Source of the DNA: Wallemia ichthyophaga EXF-994
Lineage: Eukaryota; Fungi; Basidiomycota
Length of the DNA: 32,000 bases
Direction: 5' to 3'
Assembly (NCBI RefSeq): GCF_000400465.1
Contig: NW_008806286.1
Coordinates: 83,865-115,864 of the forward strand
Positions 11,831 to 23,920 of this stretch are shown piece by piece. Below the pieces are notes generated by a model. It made no database searches. It worked only from the letters and a program-made list of their open reading frames with translations, and was not told where the DNA came from. The translations under genes were made by a program, and so were the position numbers. The number at the start of each line of letters is the position of its first letter. Within the stretch, counting starts at the first letter, position 1.

Positions 11831-13091
11831 TCAGGTTGACATGCTCATGCTCAATGTTGGATTGAAATACGGTGACTGATTAGAGGTATCACTATATTCC
11901 TTTTTGGGTTGCAACGATACTGAATCATCGTAGAGCTTGTCTTGGTTGTCGTAGCTGTCGTAGCTTAGGTCTTGTTCAATGTCGTCATTGTCGTCATCGG
12001 GTTCAGTGGGCAGAATTGGCAACCACGTCCCAATGATGTAGGAGGGTATGTCAAATATACTAAATTTGATGTGAGATGGGAAGATATTCAAGTAAATTAC
12101 TTAAACTAACTCCTTTTTTATGGTGAATGAGAAAGTGCAAGGAATGGGATTACCGTTTTGATGATTTAAAATGCAATAGGTGTTTACTGTTGGTTTGGCA
12201 GAATCGAAGGCGTGTTTAGCGAAGAGTTGCCAACTATATCTTGTTAACACGATGACGTAGATGTAGATTAAACTCACTATTCAACTGCTGATATAGGTTC
12301 CATTAGTTGGTAAATGTAAGTAGATGTGTTTATTAAGCTATCCCTGTCATATCCAACAATATACTGAAATTCATCGCCAACGAGCAGAATTTCACCCGTT
12401 CTTCTCCAGACACTGAGTTATTTGTGAGAAACTTAAATATCAAATCAAATCAAATCAAACCAACACTGTAGGAGCACTTATACACTTTATAAGCTCACTC
12501 AAGTCTATCATTGATCTTCTGAGTGATTGTTCAACAAAAATTTCGTCATGATTGCTGAGATTGATTTGTAGGGATAAAAGGGAAGGTCTGAATTCTGAGA
12601 TAGCTTTGAAAATTCTAAGCTTATCGTTTTGAGTGAAATTTTCATTAAACTTGAGGTAATTGATTAGGTGTTTATATCCAATTTCATATGGGTATGGTTG
12701 AGTGATTTGTGAGTAAACATTTGTATTCTCTGTTGAGTTTGAGTAAGGTAATTGAGTATCCAATGTATTATCAGTTAAATCATTTCCTAGTGTTGGCTGC
12801 TGTAATGTACCAGGCTGTAGTGTGCCAATGAGCTCATTAAGCACGTTAAACTCAGAATTAGCAGAATTTGATTGAAAATCATCCTCCAAGATATATTTTG
12901 GCTTCTTCCGATGTCCATCCCTGCACTGGTCCGCTAACCCCCGCTTAATACAGCGGCTACATGGCCTATCTGGGTGAAATTTAGACGAGCATGTACGGAA
13001 TTGAATAGCGCTCACTATCATCGCAAGTTAAATGAGACTTCTGACAACCTTCACACGCTCTTGCTGTTTTCTTCTTTTTGTTACTGGCCAT
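11831..13091 (-). CDS. ERT1: Zn2Cys6 transcription factor of the Ert1/AcuK (gluconeogenesis regulator) type with C-terminal PAS-like domain
   Basis: [51 protein letters not shown], then PYPYEIGY..., FRPSLL..., PTVVWRRTGEI..., CTFSFTIKKDIFDIPSYIIGTWLPIL. Introns at 13015-12970, 12464-12413, 12277-12234 and 12110-12060. The track ORF 11831-12091 is the last exon. Confidence 0.8.
12441..12460. repeat. Pentanucleotide microsatellite (CAAAT)3CAAAC inside an ERT1-like intron
   Basis: Read directly: caaatcaaatcaaatcaaac. Confidence 0.9.
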
Positions 13092-13110
13092 GGGAGATTA
13101 AATTAACGTT

Positions 13111-15020
13111 ATGGAGTCGCGATCAGGACAGACAGGACAGATAGGACAGGAAGGGCAGCTAGGACAGCAAAGCTCAGAATTTGAGAATATTTTAAATGAT
13201 TTGAATAGCGTGGATTATTGTGGGTAATTTGATTTGGTTTATTAGGCTTATAACTTAAGGTATCGTTTAGATGAGGGGATTCATACTCCCTCTTACGCAG
13301 GAAGTTTCACAGAGTCACCATATCTACACTCACAATTCCCTCAATCACCCGCTTCCTCCATTTGCTCTTTTTCACGCTCTAGATCCCCTTCAATCTCATC
13401 ATACGATTCGAATATAAATGATAATGACGATTACGGCTTTAGTAATCTAAATTTTGAGCAAACAGATCATGTTCGACAACCTACACTTAAAATCCCGGAT
13501 GAAATCCCAGACTTGCAGGTCTGTGAAGCAACACCTATCGCTAAAACACCGACTCAAGTTGAATACGAATTGAAAGGTCAACCTTTCTCATTCCCATCGA
13601 ATCAGTCTACTAATAGACCTAGAGCTCATTCAGATTCTGTACCTACATTCGTTCATCCTACAGATACTTATCAAGAGTCCCCTCAACAGCACTCTCTGGG
13701 CAAATCATTCGGTCATAGACGATGCAGGTCTGGTGGCAGAGAAGGCGCAGGTACTCCTAACTACGGTCTTCGTCTTAGACCAAACTACAAAGTTGACCAG
13801 TCTCAGTCTCAGTCTCAGTCTCCGAAATTAAGTCACAGTTTCAGTGCAAGTAGTTTGAATCCTTTAGACGATATTGACTTGAGTTGGCTTCAAAGTCAAC
13901 AAGAACAGCAACACTCTATGCCCCAGCAATCTCCATTCAGTAGCACCTCTAATTTGTTTGGAAATGTCACTCATACTGCTTATGATTATAACTACGACAA
14001 CAATAACAGCAACCATTCCATCAACAATCCTAATGACCCCTATATGCACTCGAGTCCTTACAGTGGTAGCTCATCAAGTCTATACAACAGCCCGTCTAAT
14101 AACTACCCGAACTCACCTTATGTGGATGCACAACCTGCTTTAAACTCACTTGACTATCCAACTGGTCTTCCAAACAACTTTATCGATCTCTATTCACCAG
14201 AAGTTAACGTTATGACCCCACCACTAGTTAGCATTGATTCGATACACTCCTCACCTGCAACCCAACAATCACAACTACACAGCGAACAGAAGACTAGCAG
14301 TCCAAATATACTCCCTTCTTTAGTACTACCGAATGATAGCATGAATGATTATGATTATGATCATAAGCCTGCTACTGATGATGCAACGCCTACTGCCGCA
14401 ACAAGTGATATTAACATGATTGCAATGAGTGCTGCTCGTGGTGGTTCACTCAACAACATGCCTATACTCACATCTAATCCGACGACTGCTCGGACGAGAT
14501 ATGCTTCGAATAATAGGAGAAAACAACCTAGTGATGGAAAAGCACCAAAGGTTTTTGTTTGTGAAGTTCCAGGATGTGGAAGTAGTTTTACAAGGCATTT
14601 CAATCGTTAGTGTGTTGTTTATCACCTATAAATATACTCACAAATCACAAAGTCAAAGGTCATATGCGCTCGCATACAAATGAAAGACCCTTCGTCTGTT
14701 CGTTTGATGGTTGCGGTCGCGCATTCGCCAGACAGCACGACAGAAAAAGGCATGAGTCACTGCATAACGATGACAAACCATATCAATGCTTAGGTTGTGA
14801 TAAGAAGTTTGCGCGGATTGATGGTCTTGCTCGACATCGTGAGTTTTAAGTTTTTAAAGTGTTTGATTTCTTCTAATACACCACCACTCAAGACAAAAGT
14901 GATCTTGGGAAAGACTGCTCAGCGAAGCATACACAAATTGAGGACTCTAATCATCTCTCTTCATTCTCTTCAGCTTCCACTTCAACAGATTCAGCCAATT
15001 GCTATGGCGTATTGATGTAG
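13111..15020 (+). CDS. CRZ1: C2H2 zinc-finger transcription factor, Crz1 (calcineurin-responsive) type
   Basis: The fingers read [53 protein letters not shown]...CLGCDKKFARIDGLARH; FARQHDxKRH is the Crz1 signature. Long Ser/Pro-rich N-terminus. Predicted introns 13220-13270, 14606-14652 and 14839-14892. The first exon (ATG 13111) is the least certain part. Confidence 0.75.
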
Positions 15021-15190
15021 TATATCAGTAAATCCACAATACTTGTACTATACTCTTGTTAAATTTTAGTTAATGGACAATTTCACAACGAGCTCAAGGG
15101 TAATATTATAATAAATAAAATACTATTGTGTTATAATAACAATACAAACACAACAAAACAACAAGTGAGTAGTGAATAACTGTAAAGATC

Positions 15191-16491
15191 TTACTTGGAA
15201 CGTGTCGTTGGATTGATTGTACCGGAACGTTTGCGAGTTAAATTGGACTTTGATTGGCCGGAAGGGTCATGTTTGAGGAATGACGAACCTTTGTCTGACT
15301 CACGTCTAGCTAGTAGACTACCCTGGGTAAAAATGGATTCATCCGCGAGTGTAACCAATCTGGTTTGAGTATGTGGACTGTGATTTTCGCTTCCCTTCCT
15401 GGGTATCATTTGGGACTTTGAACGCGATACATTGTGGTCACTGGGTCTGGCTTGGGTTTTGGAGCGAGATAGGGGAGTATCCATTGGCCGAGATTGAGTG
15501 GCTTGAGATCTTGAACGGGAGACTGATTGATCTAGTTTAGGCCTACGGGATATTGACTTTGTTGGTGTCAATTTGGTGTTGATTTCCGGACTAGTGTCGT
15601 TAGGATTCTTCAGCTGTGGTTTAGAGTCTCTGGGACGCTTGAATAGCCAAGGTCTTTCGTGGATAAGTGCGTGGGTCTGAATGTGTTGTTAGTGCGGGTG
15701 AGGAGTAAGAAGCAACTCACCCTTGACTGTGTCAGAGCTTTAACCCATTCGCGACAAGCGTTTGAGTCAGATACAGCAAAGACGTGAGAGAAATCTTCCT
15801 TTCTTTCAAAGAGAGAGTGATTATCCTGACTCTTTACAATAAACAGATGACCAAATAGAGAGTCATCGAAGATTCTTTGAGGTTTTGGAGCGTTGTGGTA
15901 TAGTTTGGTAAAGGTATAGACGTCGTAAGAGACTAAATTGCAAAGAAAGTGCCTGTCTTTAAGTTTATCAGATTTAGAGAGGTGAAGAGAATCATTGGAG
16001 AGGTATAAAAGTCTTTTGGCCCACTTCCCTGGAGCTATTTCCAGCTGTACAGGTGAGGAGTGGTTGATGATGGCATCAGTTGATTTGCGCTCTGACAGAG
16101 AATCCTTCAGGTAATTAGGATTGCTATCAACTAAGAATGAATTGTTGTTGTCTATCCAGTTATCCGTTATATCGTATATTTTCTCAAAATTTCTAATTGA
16201 GCGCTTTATCTCATTGTTTATTTCATAAACATTCACTTTATTATGTGGATTCTCAATAATGAGCTTATTCGTACTTAAAGCAAATTTTATAACGTCAAGA
16301 CCTCGGCTGTTGTCTTGTATTTCGTAAAGCACTGGAGAGTTATTGAGGTCATTTAAGTAAATTTTTACTTGTTTTAATTTTAAATGACATTTGTGGATTG
16401 GCTGATTCTGCTGTGGTTTCTTATTCCTGACAACTTCATCTCTCTCTTCGATTCCCGAGGATCTGAATTTATGCAAGAAATTTGATATCAT
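15191..16491 (-). CDS. Hypothetical protein with probable PH-like domain (possibly RA-PH) and Ser/Arg-rich tail
   Basis: Two track ORFs join through intron 15720-15677 (GTGAGT...CTAAC...CAG). LEIAPGKWAKRLLYLSNDSLHLSKS...YDVY...HVFAVSDSNACREWVKALTQSR resembles a PH fold (beta strands plus a C-terminal W-containing helix). The upstream VKIYLNDL...segment may be ubiquitin/RA-like. Confidence 0.55.
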
Positions 16492-16736
16492 CTGTTCAAG
16501 GTGGAAGAGCTGGGCAACGGGATTGTAAAATTAAAAGAATATTTTGAAATACCAAGAAAGCAACGTATATTTGATCGTAGAATTACAACCAATATTATCC
16601 CTTCATTCCCCTCCTGCCCAATGACCCAATTAGGAATCTAGCTATCTTCAAAGATGAAACTATTCATTCCAAAGAAATTTAACCAAATTGGTTGAAAAAT
16701 GTTTATTTCCTACTCTTATAAGATACCACTTACTAC

Positions 16737-19700
16737 ATGAACTCCCAGAAATCTTCCCCAAGGAAGCCCCTCGCGCCGACACACAACGCACAGCCTAACA
16801 AGTCTAAATCACCTCCGTCTTCAGCCTCAGTCACTACCTCCCTCAAATCAGATCACCATCACCCGGAAACAATTGGGCCATGGCAACTAACCAAAACTAT
16901 CGGTAAAGGTAGTAGTGCCTGTGAGTTGTCTTAAACTTGATTCAAATATTTCTAATCCTTTTACGCGTTTTTAGGCAGAGTAAAGCTAGCCCGTCACAGA
17001 AAAACTCATCAGCTGGCTGCTATTAAGATCGTCGCGAAAGCAAGCCTAGCACCTAAGCCAAACACCTCACATGAGGATCCTTGGAGAGCTCTTAGAGCAA
17101 TTGAGCGTGAAATTGCTGTTATGAAGATAGTAAGTGGCTCAAAAAACCTAAATAGCACCCACTAACCACACCTCAGATTGATCACCCTAATATCACAAGT
17201 CTCTACGATGTCTGGGAAACAAGTGACTACATCTACATGATCATGGAATATGCCTCTGGTGGCGAACTATTCTCTCATTTGGTTGAACGCGCTAAGAAGA
17301 ACGCTGCTCGTGCTAAACCAGGCCATCCTCCGCCTTCACGTGCACTTCCTCCAGATGAAGCTCTCAGACTATTTCAGCAGCTCATTTACGCCGTCAGTCA
17401 CGTACATAACCTTGCTCTGTGCCATCGAGACCTCAAGCCTGAAAATGTCTTGCTGGCGAAAGACGGGCAGACCATTAAGCTCGCCGATTTTGGTATGGCT
17501 ACCCTGGCCGGTGAAGATGTCGTCATTTCAAAGCGTAAACTTAAGAAAGGGCGCAGAATGTTGAAGACTAGCTGCGGTAGTCCACATTACGCAAGCCCGG
17601 AAGTCGTCCAAGGCAAGCCATATGCTGGCCATATGGCCGATGTTTGGTCGTGTGGTGTTATCCTGTTTGCTCTGTTGACAGGTAGACTACCATTCCATGA
17701 CGAGAACCTGCACATCCTCCTCAGTAAAGTCAAGCTTGGTAAATTTGAAATGCCATTCGAGCTAGAAGGACCAGTTCACGCCAATGCACGCCACCTATTG
17801 CTCAGAATGTTGACCTCTGATCCAGCCGAAAGGATAACAATACCAGAAATCATGAAACACCCTTACTTTACTCGTCTACCACCTCCAATCCCAATGTCGA
17901 CTGATAGTATTCCAGCTGGGCTACTCCCTCGAAGCACATCCCAGCTTTCTCGATTCAGCTACCAATCTGACCAGATGTCCGATTATAATGACTCTTTGCA
18001 AAGGTTCTCTGAGGAAATCCTAAACATCGACGACGAGATATTCAGCAGCATTCGAGTGCTCTGCCAGACTGAAAACGAGGAAACTCTCCGGGAGCGCTTA
18101 CAGTCAAAGGGCTACACCATAGAGAAGAGGCTCTATGTGCTGCTGGAGCGCTTCAGAGATAGAAGATCACTCGAAGAGCTGGCTCAGATGGAGTCAGGAG
18201 CTTCCGACGAGAGCAGGGCATGGGAGCGCAATCAGAAGACAATGAAGCAACAGGCACAGACACAACAACACGCCAAACCAGCTGCACTCGGTGAACGGTC
18301 GATAAATACCCCTACTGAGCCACAAAAAGCACACTCAAAAGCCAGTAGCAACAACGAAAACGATGCAACAGTTGTCCTCGGCGAGAAACAGCGTCCCAAA
18401 GCCCCCACGCCGCGCAAAGCACGCAAGCCAAATGTTGACGATGTGCCTAGCGAGAGCAAAGGAGATGAAGAGATCGAGCAGCAGCCATCACAAAGCCACC
18501 GTGACAGTCACAGTCATAAGCATAGTCATAGTACTAGCCAGAGTCATAGTACTAATCATAGTCATAGTAACAATCAGTCCCAATCCCACCGTCCTAGCGC
18601 CGACACACCAATCTCGGACGACACAATGACGCGCGCAGCATCTGTCCGTACAGCATTAAAGAGACAGCCACTGGAAAGCAGCACTGACACGCTCGATACC
18701 AAAGTATTCAAGAAGCCCAATGCACATATTGAAGATTCACCAGCGTTGAATTTTGCTATGGACACGCCTTCGTCGTCCTTCGCAGCAAGCATCGCCGCGA
18801 GTATTGGACATGTGGATGTTGCAGGTGGAGGGCTTATACCGGTAGCGAACGAGAATTTCAACCCACCTTCGCTCTCGTCTGACAAAATAGGCCGGTCTCG
18901 ATTCTCAGCCGCGAGCACCGTCTCGCGCCAACGGTCTGTCGAGAGCAAACAGGGGCACACGGACGACTCACCAGTGTTGCCGTCTGAGTCACCCCTACGC
19001 TCTAATGTCCCAATCACGAACCGCACGCTGCGCAAGAAACCAGCACCTGCGCCGCTCAAAGTGGACTTGTACGAGTATCAGAAGCCGTTCCAGATCGTCC
19101 TCGATGACGACAACGCAGTAGATTCTGACGATAGTGGTGCGAGCAGAGGCAGTAGCAGTGCAGGTACACCGCCACGTCCCATCAGCAAGTCTTTGTCGGG
19201 AAATCTCCAGTTCCAGTTAGACAGCGATACCCCACCACCACCACCACCACCGCCTAAGACTGCATTGGACGGGGACAGTAAAACGAAGAAAATACTCAGA
19301 GCCGTTCGTTCTTTCGACACATCCGCGAAAGAGCCTCATCCTCACCCGCCTCCGCACCGCAAGCCGAGCATCTTCGGCATCAAGCTTGGCAGTAGACAGT
19401 CAGAGCAGGAAGAGGACGACGAGAAGCCTTTCAAGCTGAATATATTCAGCCCGGCTCTGTTCAGCAATAACCACAGCAGCAGTACTGCAGCACATGAAGA
19501 CATAGAGGAAGGGCGCGCGGTGTCGCCCACGACGCGAACATCGTTTGTTCCACCCAAGTCAGCCCCAGCTGTAGACCAGCAGCAGCAGCACAATGCGGAG
19601 GAGGAACATGATGTAGAGCCTACCGACGATTTAGATCTACGTAGAGACACGCTCCCATTCGTAGCGAATCACCAGCCTAAACGTAAGTCTAGTTTGGGTA

Positions 19701-20014
19701 ACATATTCAGAATGTCTCGCACGCGATCCTCCTCAATTGTCAATCCTGCCACACCAAAAGATGAGCAGGGTACATTTGACGATCATCACCTAAAGGCACC
19801 AGAAGGGAAGCGTTGGTTTGGTAGCCTGTTTCATCCCAAGACAGCATCACCGCTCAAATCAACTTTCCATTCTTCTCATGAGAAGAAGAAAGATGATTCA
19901 CATATGAAACCAGTCGAGCATATCTCAGACGAACTCGAGCCCCCAATCAACCCCTTCAAGAAGACAGTCAGGCGAACTAGATCTGTCATTTCGCAACTCA
20001 CCGTACATAATTGA
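16737..20014 (+). CDS. Ser/Thr protein kinase, Nim1/Gin4/Hsl1/Cdr2-like (CAMKL) family
   Basis: IGPWQLTKTIGKGSS..RVKLARH..AAIKIV..REIAVMKIIDHPNI..MEYASGGELF..HRDLKPENVLL..DFG..TSCGSPHYASPE..DVWSCGVIL, then a long disordered tail with WFGSLF. Introns at 16921-16974 and 17130-17176. Confidence 0.85.
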
Positions 20015-20225
20015 TACTGAGAATGCACCTACGTATACACTCTTTATAATTCGCAATACAACGCTCCTTTAATTACCATATTGATCCTTTTAATTTTGTA
20101 CCTTCTTTGGTTTTTTTTTTTTTCATTACATGGAAACTTTTAGTTTATCGTAGCAATATTTGATGTTACATGTATGTTTCCAGCTATGCAATCAAATACG
20201 TTCATAAAATAAATAAGCATTACAT

Positions 20226-23200
20226 CTACCACGAGTTGTCGTCGTCAAACCTATCCAGCGTGTTCACGGCAGACGCGACCTCAAACTTTGATCTCTGTCT
20301 CATATAGAAGATGTTGCAATCTTTGTTAGTGCAGATTACATCCTGGTGCAAACTGCCCTGACATCTCTGACATTGTGTCCACAATCTAGCGAATTGGACT
20401 TGGAGAGCTGAGACGGAAGATACCTGTTTCTGGTACAATTCACCCGCTTTCGACTTGCAATTTTTACAAACCGCAGCCTCACTACCCCTAATGGGAGCCT
20501 TGCAGCCAAGACAGGTCACCGTTTTAACTGCGAACTTCATCAGTCCACCAACAGAAGGAGTAGCGACAGTAATAGTGCGTGTGTGATCACCTGTGAGCAA
20601 CGAACCCGCCTTTTCGCCTAAAATTGGTTCGAATATTCTCAATAACGGCTTTGACAGTTGGTTTTCAAGGTAATACTTGGTGTCAATTGGTACGTTGTTC
20701 TCTAAAACATACAGAGGATCCTCAGATCTCTCGTATGCCGCTGCTCCTTTGCTTCCTTTGACAATGACATAAGCTACACGATCACCGAGCGCTGGCGCTG
20801 ATCCGGCATCACGCTTGCGCATACGCTCTGCCAGACAAACATGCGCCTGCTTGGCATCGTACTCTGTCTTGGTGAGAGCTTTCGTAATAACCAACTGACT
20901 CATATCCACCTTGTTCTGTAGCAGCTCCGAAATCACATTCTTGGTGTAGCTATGTTGTGAATAAATGGTCAACGGGGCTCATCTTCCATAAAATTACCAC
21001 TCACTCTTCGGCTGCTTTCACATCACGATCTATCAACATCTTGTGCAGACACGTCGTAATCACAGTACCGACGAGTCGACAATTATCGCGACGGACAGTC
21101 TCGATACCCTTTGTATCCATTTTATCGTACTTTTCCAAGCCCGTCCAATACAAACCAGCGTATCTCTTCTTGTTGATGAGCAGATAAGGGTAGTATACCT
21201 TCTCGAACTCCAACTTAATAGGGTTAGGGAATTTCGACGATATTACACCTGCAGCTTCAGCACCCAGTTTCATAGCTGTCTCGAGATCCTTACAACCGAA
21301 TTTGATCATGACAGAGTCAGTATCACCGTAGACGACTTCGGCATCGTGTGAGTAGTTGTTCGACACCTTATAGTGTGATTCTACCTCCTCCTTGGTGCGC
21401 TCAATCATACGACGGCCATATGCTGTAGTCGAAGATGAAATTGGCAGACAGGGTAACTTTCCAATTGTAGCACCGGTGAAACCATACACAGAGTTAGCTG
21501 ATACCTTCAAAGCTAGCTGACGACCATCGAGCACCGCTCTCCTGAAGGGATCCTTTTCATTTTTAATATCCGCTCTTGCACGCTTACGAGCTGAAATAAG
21601 ATCCTGAAGAACAACTGGCAAGAGACCTTTACGTTTGTCGGAGGTAACGAACATATCTGTTGAGCGTGAGAACTTTGCAAATATTACGGCAGCATCGGGT
21701 GAGTACAAACTTACCATTATTTGGAGTCTTGATATAATCAACGCCCTCCTTCAATTGGAGTCGCTCGACGGTATGAGAATCAAGAAGGGTGGTATAACAA
21801 AGATTGTGTGCCATCATGATTGACGGATATAGCGAACTGAAATCAAGGGTAGTAATAGGAACATCAAAGTAGCCCCTGCGCGGTTCAATAACAGTAGCAC
21901 CTTCGTACTGATCATCGGAGCCTTCAACTCTAAGAGCAGGGACTAGATAGCCATGGACTTGAGATTGTCTACATATTTGACTCATTACCTTGATTGATTG
22001 TCCCTTAGCGAGCAAGTAATTGAAAGGTACACCTGTGACTCTTGCCATTTCTGTCTGGTTGACTAAACTCATCAGTCTGTCAAGCAGTCTCTGTGGGAGG
22101 TAGGCATCCTTCAAACAATACACAGCCAATCTGCGTCTTGATTCAGGCGTACCGTTCTGTAATTCCGTAATGATAGAGTGGTGTACATCCTCTTTCTGCT
22201 CGCCAAGGAACTCTGCACAAACGCTGTTGAGTGAGTATGATCGCAATTTATGTTCTCTTTGTATAAGTTGGAGCAAATCGAGCTGAAGACGACCCTCCAT
22301 GTTGGTCTGCTTCGAGTCTCTGGTACCGTAAGCCTTGGATGAAAAGTGAGATGAGCCAACTTCACTCTTGACATTCTTCATTCTACCGAGATAGGCAAAC
22401 TTGGTAGCTTTGAGAGCTTTAGCGCGGTCCATCAAATAAGGAATATCGAAATTGGCAATGTTGTATCCGATAATGACATCAGGATCTGCCTCCTCGATGA
22501 AATCTCTCCACGCTTGAAGCATTTTGGTCTCGTCTTCGAAACTGAGAACTTGGCTACCGGCGATATGTGCACATGATTTGAGGGTGAAGACGTTTCTGAT
22601 AAAGGGTTTGGTTTCACCTGTGCAATTTGCATTCTTGTTAATAAATGTTTCATTCCTGAGACACAACTAACCTTGACGAGTGACCATGTTAGCTATCTGG
22701 ATAACAGGGTCGATGTGCGGTTCAGGGAAGATACCTTGACGACCAGCACATTCGATGTCAAACGAGAGAATACGCAAAGGTGCCATTTTCTGCCATTCGC
22801 CATCAGCAGGATAAGCAATAATATCTTTGTGACTAGCGGGGAGAGTTAAAGGAATGTATAAATATGCCACATCCAACGCACTGTATATCAAACTCGAGCT
22901 GAGCTTTCGAGACCTTGCTCGCTGATTGTTTGAGGTTGTAAGCGCCACCAGGGCATTCTATCCAGGACATTCCGACGACCTTTGGGGGTGGTTTGAGGTG
23001 TACACCTGCAACATACACACACATACCTTCTTATCGATCATGAAACGCAGATCGTAACTGATATTAGACTCGTATGTCTGTATAGCATCGTCGAAAAAGT
23101 CCCTGAAGTGAATCTCACCGCGCTCGAAACAGCCGCGAACACGGGTCATGCTTCTTTGATCCACAAAAGTGATTTTGATGAAAGGGGAAATTTCATCGCC

Positions 23201-23899
23201 TCTGTATCCCCACAGACTGCGTCTATTGTGGATATCAATTGCTGAGACAATAGACTTGCCATTGTTACCGAAAGAAGCATTCAAGTAGCCAGAAAAGCCT
23301 TCTGAGTCCTCGGCAGTGAATCCACGAGGAGCAGCAATGTAAAGATATGGGAGGAAACCTGAGACGTTTGCGAGAACAGAGAAGCCTTCCTTGGGTGGGA
23401 GTAAGCGGGGATTGCTGGGCACAGCAACAGCCACACACCTGCGTGACACCATGCATGCGTATGAATGGCTCTGCGCCTGGAATTGAAGCCTCCTCAAGAT
23501 CGATTTGCTGGAAAACTAATCACGTGGGTGAGAAAAGACGCGTGGATGTGGATGCATGTACGCACTAACACTATCAACCATTGGCTCAAACTTTGGAATC
23601 CTCGGCCTCGCCCAAACTTGACCACTTTCTGCCGAGGCTGTAGAGAGTGAGTGTGTGTACGTGTGGCATCAACCACGCACACTGTTCAGCATCATCCTGC
23701 AGATTCTCAAGAATATCCGCGAAATCGCTCTGTTTCTTATCATTCTGCGAGCCCAATTTGCCTGATTTGGTATCGTCTGTAACCTTCCTCTTCTTGTTTA
23801 CGGGGTTTCTGGTGTTTATATCAGTATAATCCACTAGCTATTGCCAGGAACTCACTCTATTTCCTCCACCCGGATGTTTTCCTTGCTGTTTACTCTCAT
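20226..23899 (-). CDS. POL3: DNA polymerase delta catalytic subunit
   Basis: ExoI LSFDIEC, PolB motifs [28 protein letters not shown] and YGDTDS, C-terminal CysA (CLGC..CKNC) and CysB (CQRC..C..C). Nine introns: 23855-23809, 23680-23638, 23565-23516, 23438-23390, 23026-22980, 22881-22833, 22671-22618, 21714-21657, 21004-20950. Confidence 0.96.
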
Positions 23900-23920
23900 A
23901 TCGCCTTATCAAGGTGCACA

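Noticed and set aside
23586-23834. Apparent non-AUG starts in the ORF track (GTG 23834, TTG 12091, TTG 13513, GTG 31972)
   Set aside because: Each is explained by an upstream exon and intron or by truncation at the window edge.
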